Part shown: piece by piece, positions 35,365 through 48,402 of the stretch
Numbering within the stretch: the stretch's first letter is position 1
Layout: each line of letters starts with the position of its first letter
The notes under the pieces: generated by a model
The model's database searches: none
Told to the model about the DNA's origin: nothing
Seen by the model: only the letters and a program-made list of their open reading frames with translations
Program-made: the position numbers and the translations under genes
Assembly: GCA_000320545.1 (NCBI GenBank)
Contig: ADNK01002345.1
Location: 1 to 64,000 of the forward strand
Length of the DNA stretch: 64,000 nt
Direction of reading: 5' to 3'
Source of the DNA: Bigelowiella natans CCMP2755
Taxonomy: Eukaryota; Protista; Cercozoa

Positions 35365-37141
35365 CTGTCGTGTCATTGTGGTAGTTGTCATTTGCTGCGC
35401 ACTTCCTCCGACGATGAAGATTGTCAACTCTCCGTAGCTCCCGAGGTATTTCCTTCAGAGAGAGGAGGAGGAGGAGGAGGAGGAGGAGGACCGATAAGGA
35501 ATCATCATGGCGATTTATAGAACAAAGCTCGCCGCGCAAATTCTTCTACTTCAGTACGGAACTAATATCGTCGGGTCAAGTGTTAAATAGCAGCCCAAGC
35601 GACCGAACGACGCGACAACCTTGCAGTGTCTATTCCCGTCTTAATTAGCCTCCATTGCTCTCCTTTCTTATCATATCCGGCGCTGATAGGTCAAAAGCAG
35701 AGTAGGAGCACCCCAACCACGCATCATCAACAGCTCTCTGTGATGCATGTTGGGGTTGCTGCAAAACCCCACGAATTTCATTGTTAAATGATGTCACTCG
35801 TTCCGCCAAACCTTCTATGATACGTCGGCTCCCAACCAGGAGGCATCTTACGTGTCGGAGGGGGGGCCCCCCCATGGTCATCTAACGAGAAGCAAATGCA
35901 CGAATAAATAAATACGTCACGCTGCTGCTCGCGGCGGCGCCAGTAGCGTTTCAGTGGTCTCATTCGGCAGGCACAGAAGGACATGTGAGGACACGTAACG
36001 ACCTCCCGACGAGTGAAAGCGCCCCTGCAAGAACAACGAGGCGAACTATCAGAGGAGCATAGGAGAAGGATGGGATGGTGGAGGGACTGACATAAAAGTG
36101 TGCCATGTCCTGGTGCGTGTCCATCGCAGCCCTGCTCATCTGCAAATATTGAATTGGTCGGTGAAGGGGTAGGTGTGCTAATCTAACGAGCGATGATCGC
36201 CTCGCCCCATCAACGATGATGGCTTTTTATGCACAAGGAAAAGAAGGAAGAAGACATCTACCCTCTCTGTAGAATCGAGAATTTTAGGCAGAAATTGATG
36301 GATCACATTGGGGTCCTTTATCTTCTTCCCCTCGGTCTGAGTTGGTGGTGTGTGATGGTGGTAGTGACGATGATGATGGTAAAGATATATGACGGCTATG
36401 AGTAACGGAAAACACACGCCTGCTGTGGTGAAAATACTAACAGTAAAATATTGACACTCGCAGACGCACACGCAGACGCACACGCAGACGCACACGCACC
36501 TCCAGCATAGCTCTGAGGCGATATAGGTCTTGCTCGATTTTAATGACTTCCGAGAGAATGCTCTTCGCGATTGCATTCTGGCTCTTTCGCATCGCCGAAG
36601 GTAATAATGTTTCTGATATGATAGATCAATAATCACTATCATGTAAACTCTCCTATACATCGCTTCGCGTGCCCAAATGTCAATGCAATTCACTACAGGC
36701 AGCGTAAGCCGCCGTGAGAACTCTCCGCTAATCTCTACGATTTCGGTGTTCAATTCGAAAACAATTATGGCAGCCGTTCGCCTGGGCATTCCTATACACG
36801 TGCGGACCAAATGCACGGAGGAGGAGCACGAGGCCGGTGGTGGCGGGGGTGGTAGCGGGACGGCTGCGAAGACGACGACTCCGCCTCCTTCCCTGATGTC
36901 GGCACTGTTTCTAAATGTCTATCAGCAGGGATGAACGCAGTACTCATTACGATGTTCTCCCGATATTTTCGTGCCTAAAATACATTTCCTCCGCTGTCCA
37001 TTCCGTTTGTTCTGCGTTACGCTGTCGCATCCCGCGAACGCAGGGCCTTCGACAGAACGAGCGCGGTATTCCGATGTTTGGCGTGATGGGGGTTTCTGTG
37101 ATTGTGCAAGTGGAGTGTTGATTTTTAGACTGCGACATCAA
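32759..37141 (-). CDS. Gluzincin-type zinc metallopeptidase, many exons
   Basis: Exon TPNYVSTRGIHEYFHVYQ carries HExxH (34650-34664). The next exon reads ATWLEEGSAEFLAFY (third-ligand Glu), followed by ELAYDAGAWAV and a last exon ending DPDFVEL* at 32759. The 5' end is uncertain. Confidence 0.7.
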
Positions 37142-37209
37142 TGATGTTCATGTCGTAGGCTGATATTCTTCGGTGTTTTCTCGAGTTCGCAGTGCAATTT
37201 ATTTTGTAG

Positions 37210-38390
37210 GAGCACCTCCAGATACCCACTGACGGAAGAAAGCCGGGAAAGGAAGAGGTCCGGATGGAGATCGGAACGGCTTGCGCATTCTTTTTGATTG
37301 TAGTGCTATGTGCCTGTCTGTGCGGATATGTGTAAATTCGATGAGTTGTGCGAATTGCACGTGCATGGTCGTGATCGTGATCGCGATCGCGTGCGCCGGT
37401 GAATGGAAGCGTGACGACGTACTTGCTGTTGAAGAAGCAAAATACTTTTGACTAAAACCTAATAATACGTTCTATGTGCGAGATAGCTCTAATGTACTCG
37501 CGATATTAATCTTCCCAGAAAATATTCCAAAGATGATTAGCTCCACTAAAGCATTTCTTCGTATGGTTTACATTCCAATTCTACTGATGGCGTCTGTCAA
37601 GGTATATATTGTTGCATAATTACGATTGGTTTCAATACCAAACCATAATTTCCCCAACCTATGAGTCCTGGCTTTTTAAGACTCATTATACTTCAACAAT
37701 TTCCAGCTGCTTTCCCCCGAAATTTATTTCGAAATGGTGGGTTTGGTTGACGCCCTCAAAACAGATGTGACGTTGCCGCTGGTAAGCATCTGGACTTTTA
37801 ACATGCTCCCATCTCGTCGGCACGTATTGAATAATAGATTTTATTAATGACATAGGTACAGCTACTAAATTGGTGGGAAGGCATGACCCACTTTTGCTTC
37901 GCAATGATGTGCATAGCTGCAGCACAAGGGCCACTGGGCACTCAAAGAAAAGCAATTCAGTATGAGATTTTTCAAGCACTTTTCGTTTCCTAGCCCTCTC
38001 TCACGTACTTATATTTTATATTAGTGATATACATTTCTCTAATATGCGCTCGTTGTCAAAATCACTTTCGAAGATCAGGTTTCGACTCATCCAAATATTC
38101 TTCACTGCAACCATACAGATATGGAGTCATGCCATATTCAATGATGATGGGATATGGAGGATACAAGATTGGCCCATTCGTAAGGGTAAGGAAAACAGCA
38201 AACAATAGTATTATTGAAATTGTGGTATGCAAACTAAAGGAGTTTTAGGAAGATGCTAACGTTTAAATTGCTGAGCGATATTATTGATCTAAAGAAACAA
38301 AATTATGGACAGGACACCGCTACCAAGTATGCATTGTGGGGACTGGCATCTGTGTATTTTTTTGCTTCAATTCTTGTTCTCTATGGGCCA
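37210..38390 (+). CDS. Hypothetical multi-exon membrane protein
   Basis: Several short open, hydrophobic segments bounded by GT/AG (e.g. IGTACAFFLIVVLCACLCG, IFFTATIQIWSHAIFNDDG). No family was recognised. Confidence 0.25.
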
Positions 38391-39605
38391 TTCAAACCAA
38401 ATAATCCAAAGGACGTTTCAAAGAAACAATGATTGGCTATGCTCACGAGAACAATGCAAAATGCAACATGTACGACACAGTCACTTTTTCACACAATGAG
38501 CTCAGAACGCCTCGATCCTCTCAGGAGTAATCATTTGAGCTCCATGCCGTTCACATGCCATGTTGTGAGCGAATGATTTTGTCGTACTGCAAAAGAATCG
38601 CACTCATCTAGACAGCATTGTGTTGATTGTGCGCGCACGGTTTCATGATTGCAACGATGTGCTTTTATTCAATTTTGTGTTGTTGGACAAAAGCAAATCA
38701 ACACTTTGTCCACACTGTGTACTTTGCAGTTCATGGACGCACAGCAGCACATGCATCATGCTAGCGTGATGCGCAGCTAAACAGAACGCGCGTGCTAGCG
38801 TGGCACGCATGTCTAGATGTCTAGATGTGCTCATCGAACCACACGTCTAGACGTGCCTAGCGGGCTGTGTGCACTGACTGACGTGGAGCAGATCTGATGC
38901 AGAGACGTGGTTTTCTGTCACCATTTTTGCATTTGAAAGCTGCCGTCATCAATGAATGCTGACACTAGCCGTCTAGCTGTGCTGTGCGTGTGCCTGCTGG
39001 CTAGCTCTGCTAGGCAGCTAGAGCTGCGGGTTTGCGTGTTCGATTTGTTCTTGATGCATTGAGAACAATCAAAGGAGCACTCGTCGGAGTTTGACACGTC
39101 CAACGGCATTTCCACGGGTGTTCCCATCGCAGGGTTCACCGTGCTCGATCGTTGATTGATCATTGATGATCATTGTTGGTTCGTGTTCGTTTCGACGCTC
39201 CGGAAGGAAGTGCGCACTTGAGACTTGCAGTGCTAGCCAGCAAGCTGGAGATGCCTGGAATGTCAAACGCACAGAGGACGTGCCCTCCAAACTTCAAATT
39301 GGGGGACGAACACGCTGGCCTTGACGAACACACACCGAAATCTAGCCACACGGACACAGCCACTGAACGAACAAGTGAATGAAGCTGCAGTTCCACAGGA
39401 GTGATTGAAAAGATCACAGGTCACGCTGACTCATGAATGAATGAATGAATGAAGCAATTCCACTTCAAGCAGCTGAGAGGATCATGGGTCACGCTGACTG
39501 TGTGTGATCTCCCCCGTCCACACCGGGACGCTGACGCTCATGATATTCAATGCCGGGCAATCCCGCAGAATTCCCCGATATTTACAGCTGAAGCTTTTAA
39601 CCGAG

Positions 39606-40841
39606 ATGGCTAAAGATCAGGGGAATTTAGCTTAGCAGATGTTTTTCTAACTTGTCGCAACTGGCGAAAGGCCATAAATTTCGGACGATTAATCGTGCAA
39701 TGGAGGCTGCCGCAAGTGCGCGCGCTAACTCCCACCCCACATCATCCTCAAATGATGAAACGGGGAAGGCAACCTCGACGTCCTCACAGTCCGCTTCCAT
39801 CAACGCCCAACCTTCATCCTCGATAGAATCTAGGCTCAAGGCATTAGATGGTGAGAAAAAGTTTAGAAGGGGGAGATTTTGCCTATCCAGTGTGCTCATC
39901 TCATTTTTCGATGCGGGGCATTTTGGCGGAATGCATTTAATATCGAAGAAATTTTAACGCTAGCAAAAAATGATTTGAGTTAGGAATGTACAGTTTTTCC
40001 CAATAACCCTTAAAAATCCCTCTCACAACTTCATTCAATGATGAATTATCTGACGACGTTCGCCTGCCATTGCGATATTTAGCATTCGTATCGAATCCAA
40101 GTTCGTCCCAAAACGCGACCATTCCGGCAGAACTGAATGACATAATCAACGACATCGCAAATATTGGGAGTTCGCGGTGAGACAGGCATTTTAACTTTTT
40201 ATCCATTCGGTGAATAAACTCGCTATTTCTTCCATAGATATCCCTGGAATAATCTGAAAGTATTGCTCAAAAGCAAGTTAGAAGAGGTGCTGGAGTTGTA
40301 TAGAAAAGAAAAGTCCAAAACGACAAAAATAGACGGGGAAGACTTTGAAACTCGACATGATCGGGCCCTGAAGTATATATCGGATTTTAAGAGGTATCCG
40401 AAAGTACGTCATTTGGTTGCCTTCTGTGATTACAACCAACGTTATTTGCAGGCCGCCTTTTACGTTACAGAGGATGTGTGAGCTTCTCAAAGAACCGAAG
40501 CGATATTACAGTAATATCGAGAAATTTTTCCTAGCATTTTCAAAGGTGGGATTCTTTATTGATTACCCATTGATTGCTGTAATTTGAGTGAGTATACATA
40601 TTTGTAGATGGTTTGTGGCATTACGTATCCGGCAGAGGACTATGATGGAGAAAGGGGCGGATCAAAAAATGAAATGAAGATAGAAAAAACGAAGGAAGAT
40701 ACAATAGAAAGCCAAAAAGAAAAGGAGGATGTGGCGGTTAGCTCACCTTCGGAAAAGAAACCAAATCAAGAAGAGGAGCTATCAACTGAAACAACAATGG
40801 CAACAGAACAGGAACCCAAGCAAAATGAAGCCAAAAGATGA
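39606..40841 (+). CDS. Hypothetical multi-exon protein
   Basis: Consecutive plus-strand ORFs 39652..39957, 40263..40481 and 40608..40841 have protein-like, charged composition and are separated by AT-rich intron-like gaps. Confidence 0.35.
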
Positions 40842-41174
40842 CTTCAATGATGTGGGATTTCAACAAACGAAATCGAGGCCTACTGCTGGGACGCTTATTT
40901 AAAAAAGCCTTTTCGAGTCCTAAAGCGAATAGCATCCACAATTCTATAGATCAACCTGTAACCATGTGCACATGGTTGGCATTGCCGTCGAATGAAATAA
41001 ACTAAATTCCAATAAAGTACATTAAAAAATTGATATTCTGCTGTGATGACAGTTACTAATTCATAGAAATTTATAGAGTGTATGAACAGTATTCGCGTGG
41101 CATCGCGCATGTTGTCTACGACGAATCATGCAGACTATCTCTATCTACACGCAAATTTATCAGAAAAGAACCAA

Positions 41175-41466
41175 GCGATTAAATAGATGAGACGGATGTA
41201 ATGAAATGTTTAAATTGTATCAATGGTCATCCTAATGTAGCTATGCAATGCAGCGGCTACAGCGCTTAAATTGTATCTATTTGTTTCCTTGGTCACATGG
41301 CGCATGCATGAAAATGCATCCTGTTTTGGTCTAGCATGGCACGCTTTGCGCGCAGCTTCTCGACTAGTTTTCTCTGCGATTAAATAGATATATATGAGAC
41401 GGATGTAATGAAATGTTTAAATTGTATCAATGGTCATCCTAATGTAGCTATGCAATGCAGCGGCTA
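41175..41466 (+). repeat. ~85-bp direct repeat (2 copies)
   Basis: 41175-41259 matches 41376-41466 apart from an ATATAT insertion. A partial third copy (AGACGGATGTAATGA) lies near 41597. Confidence 0.9.
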
Positions 41467-42054
41467 AATAGATATATAGTTACAGCATTTGGCCTGTCCT
41501 GTGCATGAGATATTGATATACATGCACTATATGACCGAGCTGCCGTGCAGCTACATAATGATTTCGCTGTGTGTACGACATGATATGCACAACGTAAGAC
41601 GGATGTAATGATATCAGTGATTAAATCTTTGCTATGCACAACGTAGACGAAGTGTTCTTTTACATGTGACGAGCGCTGATCGATGATAGACTTTATTAGT
41701 TTACATGTTGTCTATGGCATGAACGGGATATTTAATTATACCCATGCATGCACAGCACGAATTATGCGACGATGCGCCACATAGATGCCTAATTAAGCTG
41801 CTTATAAGCATAAAGCGCCAGTTTTTCAAGTACTCGGTAAACTTACTTACCTAAAGCTACTAGCTGTTCGCTAGATAGATAGCAGAGGAGGTGAGTGCCT
41901 CTTCATAAAACATCTTTCTCACTTATAAACTCATGAATGATAGTAATTCATTCTCACCTATTCTGACAGTGTTTCAAGTGCATTACTAACGGGTTTACGA
42001 GCGCGAGGTCATGGCGCTCCACAAATCGAACATTTACGAAAGCTTATCATTCAA

Positions 42055-42137
<83 letters not shown>

Positions 42138-43490
42138 CATATGTATATATTATTTATATATCAAACATGTACTGCTTGATAATTCTCAACACCTGAGCTA
42201 TGATGATGTTTACTTTTTGATAAAATGTAGATAATGTTATCCCCCGGATTTGAATAAAAGCAGTGCCGACGGCCCATGACAGAAATATGCAAAGCTTTTC
42301 GTTTCATGTGTCACCTTTGCAACGTAATTTCTGCCTACGATACAGTGCCAGTTTGGTCTGGAAAGGATATATCGGAATTAAAACATGCAAGTAGAATTGG
42401 TTTCTTAGATGTGCTACCCGTATCTATTATCGAACTCTGTCTTCACGAAGTTTGCTACTTCCTGATTAAATACAAAAATGAGGCTAATAGATCATTCTTA
42501 AACACGTGAAGACGATACCGTCTGACTGCTAGGATATTTGTTGAAAGCCGCAGTGGCTATGCGAATTGCCTGTGTAAATGCACAAAACGCCAATGGATAA
42601 GATGAGTGCACTAGTTGGAAAATAGCAATATGACACACTTCTCTGCATCAATATCATGTATTAATTAGTTGTTAGAAACGGATTTGTATCTATTCAGGGC
42701 CATATTGATGTGTACACGCACCACTTCGAGCATCTTCTTCTCCATATCCGTCGACTTCACCTCTGTGTTGGCGGACATCTTTTCTACTTCCTTACTTTAC
42801 TCTGCACAACGAAAAGGTATATCATGCGAATGATGAGGGCGTACTCTGTCGTATTCATCTATACTGCAGGGAAGTTTAGTACTCAAGTAACCAGATTGAC
42901 AATGCACGAGGAAGACCTTGGGGCGGTGGGGGAAACTGTCGTTTCAGGAAAGGTGACAAATCCTCGGGAATTTGGTATAAATTCAAAAGCGAAATGTGGC
43001 GTCCAGACCGGAAAACCCATCCGATTTTGCTGGATAAAATCGGTATACCACGCTTCCTCAGGGTTTAAATACAATGCATTTGTCATTATTCATATGTCAA
43101 GAATATCACGCAGAGATCCTTACATCTCGGCCGTTGGTGATATCTTATCTTGATAAAGAGACATATTAAAATTCTTGTCGTTATCAAATATAGAATGAAA
43201 TTCCTGATAAAGATTACTATGTATAAATCTGAAACAACTGAAAAATAAAGACACTAGAAATTCGTAAAATCGATCAATGTAGTTATGTCGTTATTTCACA
43301 AAGAAAAGAATTTTAGACTTATATGTCAACGAAATTATTGAAATAATCTGAGCGTTTGATCGTAGAAACTGACTGCCCGTTGCCCTTCCCTTGCATTTTC
43401 TCCGCTTCGAAACAATCGCAAAATTTATCTCCCTCGCTCTCTGAGGATAATTTTACCAGGATACCGATCAAGATAGAAACTAGATAGACA

Positions 43491-44241
43491 ATGCCATCTA
43501 AGAATAAAAAGAAGGATAAAAAAGACTACACAGCAACAGTGACAGACATGCCAACCGAGATCCAGGTACATAAATCTTAGACCTCTGAGATTCAACGGAA
43601 AAGAAACATCTCTGAAGAATATTTTTGTGGTTTTTCCATGAACAGGACTTCGCTTTAGAGACTGCACTCAAGGCTTTAGAAGATAAAAAATCTGAGAATG
43701 AGGTGTGCCAGTTTTGTAGTAATTTTTATAACAAATACAGAGATGTGAAAGAGAATGAAGAACTTGTGCGATAAGTTTTATTTTACACAGTACCCAATCA
43801 TCTTTTGAATGAATTAGCCATCTTTTAGAAGTTCGACCCTTTTCTAAGTTGACCAGCGATAAAATGATAAGGACTTCACAGCTAATAAAACACTTCCCAT
43901 CGGCATAGCCTTTGCATATCTCATCATATTTCCTGTCGAATAATGGCGAAACGAATCCCGCAAAAAAGAACTGACCTTCCTGTGAACTTCAATCAGACGG
44001 TGGCTCTGGTAAAGGAGGCTTTCGATCGCAAATATGGCCCCACATGGCATTGTATAATTGGGCGAAACTTCGGATCCAAGGTACAATAAATAACCGCTGA
44101 GTCACACAATAATTTACTTTACCAATGTAAATATTAAATTAGTGAGATTGGTTTTGCATTACTTAGGTTACGCACGAATCGAAAACGTTCTTGTATGTAA
44201 AATTGAACCAACAGCTAAAGATGCTTGTATTCAAATCGTAA
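43491..44241 (+). CDS. DYNLL: Dynein light chain LC8 family, 4 exons
   Basis: Exons read MPSKNKKKD...DMPTEIQ | [19 protein letters not shown] | [28 protein letters not shown] | [13 protein letters not shown]...VFKS*. Confidence 0.9.
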
Positions 44242-46842
44242 CTGCTAGTGCTGGAAGATATGTATAAGGGGTAAAGCTTGTGTATATCCGCTAGCATGTA
44301 CAGCTGATTACATGTAGACCCTTAGATTATTAAGAAATCTTATTATGTATTGTTCCTCAAGTAATTGAATTCGAAAGTACTTACAGTAAATGTACAATGT
44401 TTCGTTTAAATTTTAAGTAGTTGGTGGGCTGCTATCAGGTGTATGCACTTTGCATGTCTAGCAAGATGTACTTGTCGCGAACAGAATGTCACGCTCAGCT
44501 CTACATCTCTTGTAGGGGCATGTTGTATGTCCATCGTCGTCGCGCTGACTGTCAACTGTCACAACTGCTGCGTTCAATTTTGATTCGTTACTGTAATGTC
44601 GTACTTCTGTTAGTCTCCGCTACATGGTGTGTTTCATGCAATCAAATGCATGTTCTACTAGATGTTGTTTCGGTCTTGACTCATGAGTTGAATGTCGCGC
44701 ATTTCGCGCAGCAGCAGTGTGTGTTTCCTTCTCATCGCGAGTCAATCTTTTCGTTTCGTCGTCGCGCATATCACTGCATGTGATGTGTTTCATGCAATTA
44801 AATGCGCATGCTGTTTCGGTCTAGCTGCAATGTATGTCGCGCATTGTTTCGCGCAGCAGTTCGTGTTTTCTTCCACATGCAGCTGTCTTGTCAGATGTCA
44901 GTCTTTTCGTTTCGTCGTCGCGCATCATTATGCTAGCATGCTGGCATGCATGCTAGCATGGCAGTGAGCTGGTTCCTCAAGCGACGTTGATGTGTCATCA
45001 CATGTGCACATGCATGGCGTGCAAATGGGCAAGAAAGCACAACACCACACGTGCATCAGCAGCTAGTGCTAGAGTGGGTGCATTGCGTTTGTGCATTTTG
45101 CGCGGCTCAGGCGGCGCCAGCAGCGATGATGCACAAAATGCTACGTCATGACCTGCTGAATTCATTTGCGACCATGACTTTTGCTGATGCATGTCTGTGA
45201 TGACTTGCACCATCCACGCGTGGCACCATGTGCTAGCTTGCTAGCTTGGGGTGGGTCCCACTTTTGCACACCATCGTTTTGCCACGACTGCAGGACCACA
45301 TGTGCTGCATGCGATCTAGCGATGATGGACATTGTTGCGATGCAACATGATCTAGTGATGTGCACACTTGGACATGATGTCACTGCATGCACTACGTGTG
45401 ACATCACTGTGTCCATCACTGCGTGCGCTAGTGCGTGCTGCGCACAAGCTACAAGGCACGGCGTGCGCGCGGATCGGACAACTAGACAACCAGGACAAGC
45501 AGCACATTTGGACATGCCAAGTGGATCCCATGCAACAATGATGCACAACAAGACACATGTCCAGTTAGGCAATGCCAGTTTGATTGCATTGCTACATGCA
45601 GGACACAGCTAGACAGCTAGATGGACAATCACAGCATGACTAAGCTCAGTAGATGAAAAATCTGCTATTTCAAGGGAAGTTCGGCTCAATTTTCCAGGAT
45701 TCTTCTTCTTCTTTTTCTCTCTCTTTTGTCCTAAAATTTTGGGGCACGTTTAGCAAGATCCTCATGCGTTGTAGATCACAGAGTCAGAAAGTCAGAAAAA
45801 AACATTGTCCATTGACCATCCAGTTGTTCTGTGCCTAGGCGCTAATCTAGCTAATGTTACTTTCTGAAGATGAGCGAAAGAGATCAATTCAGTGTTCAAT
45901 GCATGAAATCAGTTAACTGTAGCATCTGGATCAAGCATCACTAAGATGTAAGAATAGACATTGCTACGGATGCGATAGGGGAGGGAAACTCTTCATTCTT
46001 TTCATTTGCCCTGCTCGAGTTTTCCCCTGCGAATAGCTCAAACTTTGAATTTTGATTGGTCCGTTCATCTTCCAGCTCCCAAACTATGCAACTACCCGGG
46101 GTTTGCCACGGGGGCTTGGAGGATGAAACATGAACTTTCGTTTGCGCCGCGGCACTTCATTTTTTGCCAATCATCCCTGTCAGCGGTTTCCTGGAGCGAA
46201 GATACCTTTGACTCAATAATTTGAACACCAACATTGTTTAGTTGGTGCCTGATTGATTCACATGATGCCCGGACTTGCAAAAAAATAGTAACACCTTGTT
46301 TCGCAGAACGAGCGGGACAAAAAATCTTGTAGTCACCGGGGGATTCTGCAGAGATATCGTCAGCCGAGAAGAAAACAGAGGAAAATCATGGGGGTTTTGC
46401 GAGGCTGTACAAGGCGAGAGCCACACGACATTTCCTGCCTCTGTTTTACCACTTGCTGGGACAGGTCAGATCAAACCGCGCCAAGGTTGCGTCGAGACCC
46501 CCGATATTCGGGACAGCTCTCAAGATGTCTCATGCTGTAATATCACTGCGACAAGGAAATTGTAAGCGGAGAAGTTCAAAAGGGAGGAAGCCTCTGAGAT
46601 TGTTGGTCTGGGTTTCAGAAAAAGATCTGCTCTGTTTCCAACAAGAACTGAGACCATTACATCACCCCCTCCAAAACGAAGACGGGCAGACACACATACA
46701 CCGCAATCGTCACCTGTAATAAACAAGAAAAATGTCGAAAGCGGACGACAAGGTCGATTGTTCAAAAGTTGACATAAGTTGACATATGCCCTTTCTGTAA
46801 TGACAATTAGAAAATGTGTCTCGTCGACTTTAATTTATCAAA

Positions 46843-48171
46843 ATGGATTCATTAGACGCGTCATTTAGATTCAAGTCATCATGCTGCTCTCATAGACAAG
46901 CCAAGCGGGGATTTCACATAGATAATCATTATTTTTTCAAATAACAGAAAACGGTCAAGTCAGACATTCATAAGCTCACTGAGCAGCTGCACAAGCTCAG
47001 AGCAGTAGACACGTATGATGAAGCAGATCAACCTCTTGGGATAGAAGCTAAGGCTTCAGGAATTTCAGGCCCATCCTCGTGCGTTTTAAAACAGAGGTTG
47101 GAATATAATAAGAAATGTATGGCATAATATTAATACGATTCACGTACAACGATTATTTCTATGAAGATTGACACGAGTAACGTAAACGATTTTTCTATTC
47201 TTAAGACGCGTCCTCCGTGGACACTTCGGAAAAATCTATGCAATGCATTGGGCACAGGGCCGAAACCACAATCTAGTATCTGCATCTCAAGATGGAAAGT
47301 TGATCATTTGGAATGCCTTCACCACGAATAAGATCCATGCGATTCCACTACGATCCTCTTGGGTTATGACATGCGCCTATTCCCCGTCCTCTAGATACGT
47401 TGCTTGTGGAGGTTTAGATAATTTGTGCTCTATTTTCGCGGTTCCCGAGACGGGAAAGGAAGGACCAAAGAATAAGGTGAACATTTTTATTCTTTTGTGG
47501 ATCTAAAAAATTAATCTAATCCATTTTTTTCTCATGATTGGTAGGTATACTGCGAGCTTGCTCAACATGAAGGATATCTTTCATGTTGCCGCTTCATAGA
47601 TGACAAGAGAATTATCACATCATCCGGGGATTCTTCGTGCATTTTGTGGAACGTAGAACAGCGTAGTCCTGAGTTACAATTCAATGATCACACAGGAGAC
47701 GTGATGAGTGTCTCAATAATGAAGGACACCCACCTCTTCGTTTCAGGATCTTGTGATTCAATGTCAAAACTGTGGGATTATCGTGAAAAAAAAGCATGTG
47801 TCATGACTTTCCCAGGACATGAATCTGACATCAATTCAGTAGATTTCTTTCCGGATGGTAACGCATTTGCTACTGCTTCGGACGATTCCACTTGTCGCCT
47901 TTTTGACATAAGGGCTTATAGACAGGTGCAGCGGTATGCTAATGAAAAAATTCTATGCGGAATTACATCGGTCGCTTTCTCGAGATCTGGGAAGCATTTG
48001 TTTGCAGGATACGATGACTACAACTGCTACGTATGGGATACAATAACTGGAGTCAATACTCAACAACTTGCTGGTCACGAAAATCGTGTCAGTTGTTTAG
48101 GTGTACATCCACAAGGACAAGCATTGTGCACAGGCAGTTGGGACACGTTGTTGAGGGTGTGGTCAGTATAG
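46843..48171 (+). CDS. GNB: Heterotrimeric G-protein beta subunit (WD40)
   Basis: [81 protein letters not shown] and [12 protein letters not shown] coiled-coil exon lies upstream. The start codon is uncertain. Confidence 0.96.
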
Positions 48172-48370
48172 TACATCCCTACACTTGTAGATCTTAATTA
48201 CACGATCAAGATCAATAATGTTCAGCACGTAATGACATAGACGAATTTGTAGCATAACATGATCTAGACATTCTCTTGCATGCCAAAAGGGTGCAACAGA
48301 CAAAGAGAGACAATGGCAGACAAAACGATGCAGATGATGAATTGCACACACACACATGCACACACACATG

Positions 48371-48402
<32 letters not shown>

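Noticed and set aside
42011-43153. Short plus-strand ORFs that may form a multi-exon gene
   Set aside because: No recognisable domain, and exon phases could not be established.
45950-46780. Overlapping short ORFs upstream of G-beta
   Set aside because: Stops occur in all frames and there is no homology signal.
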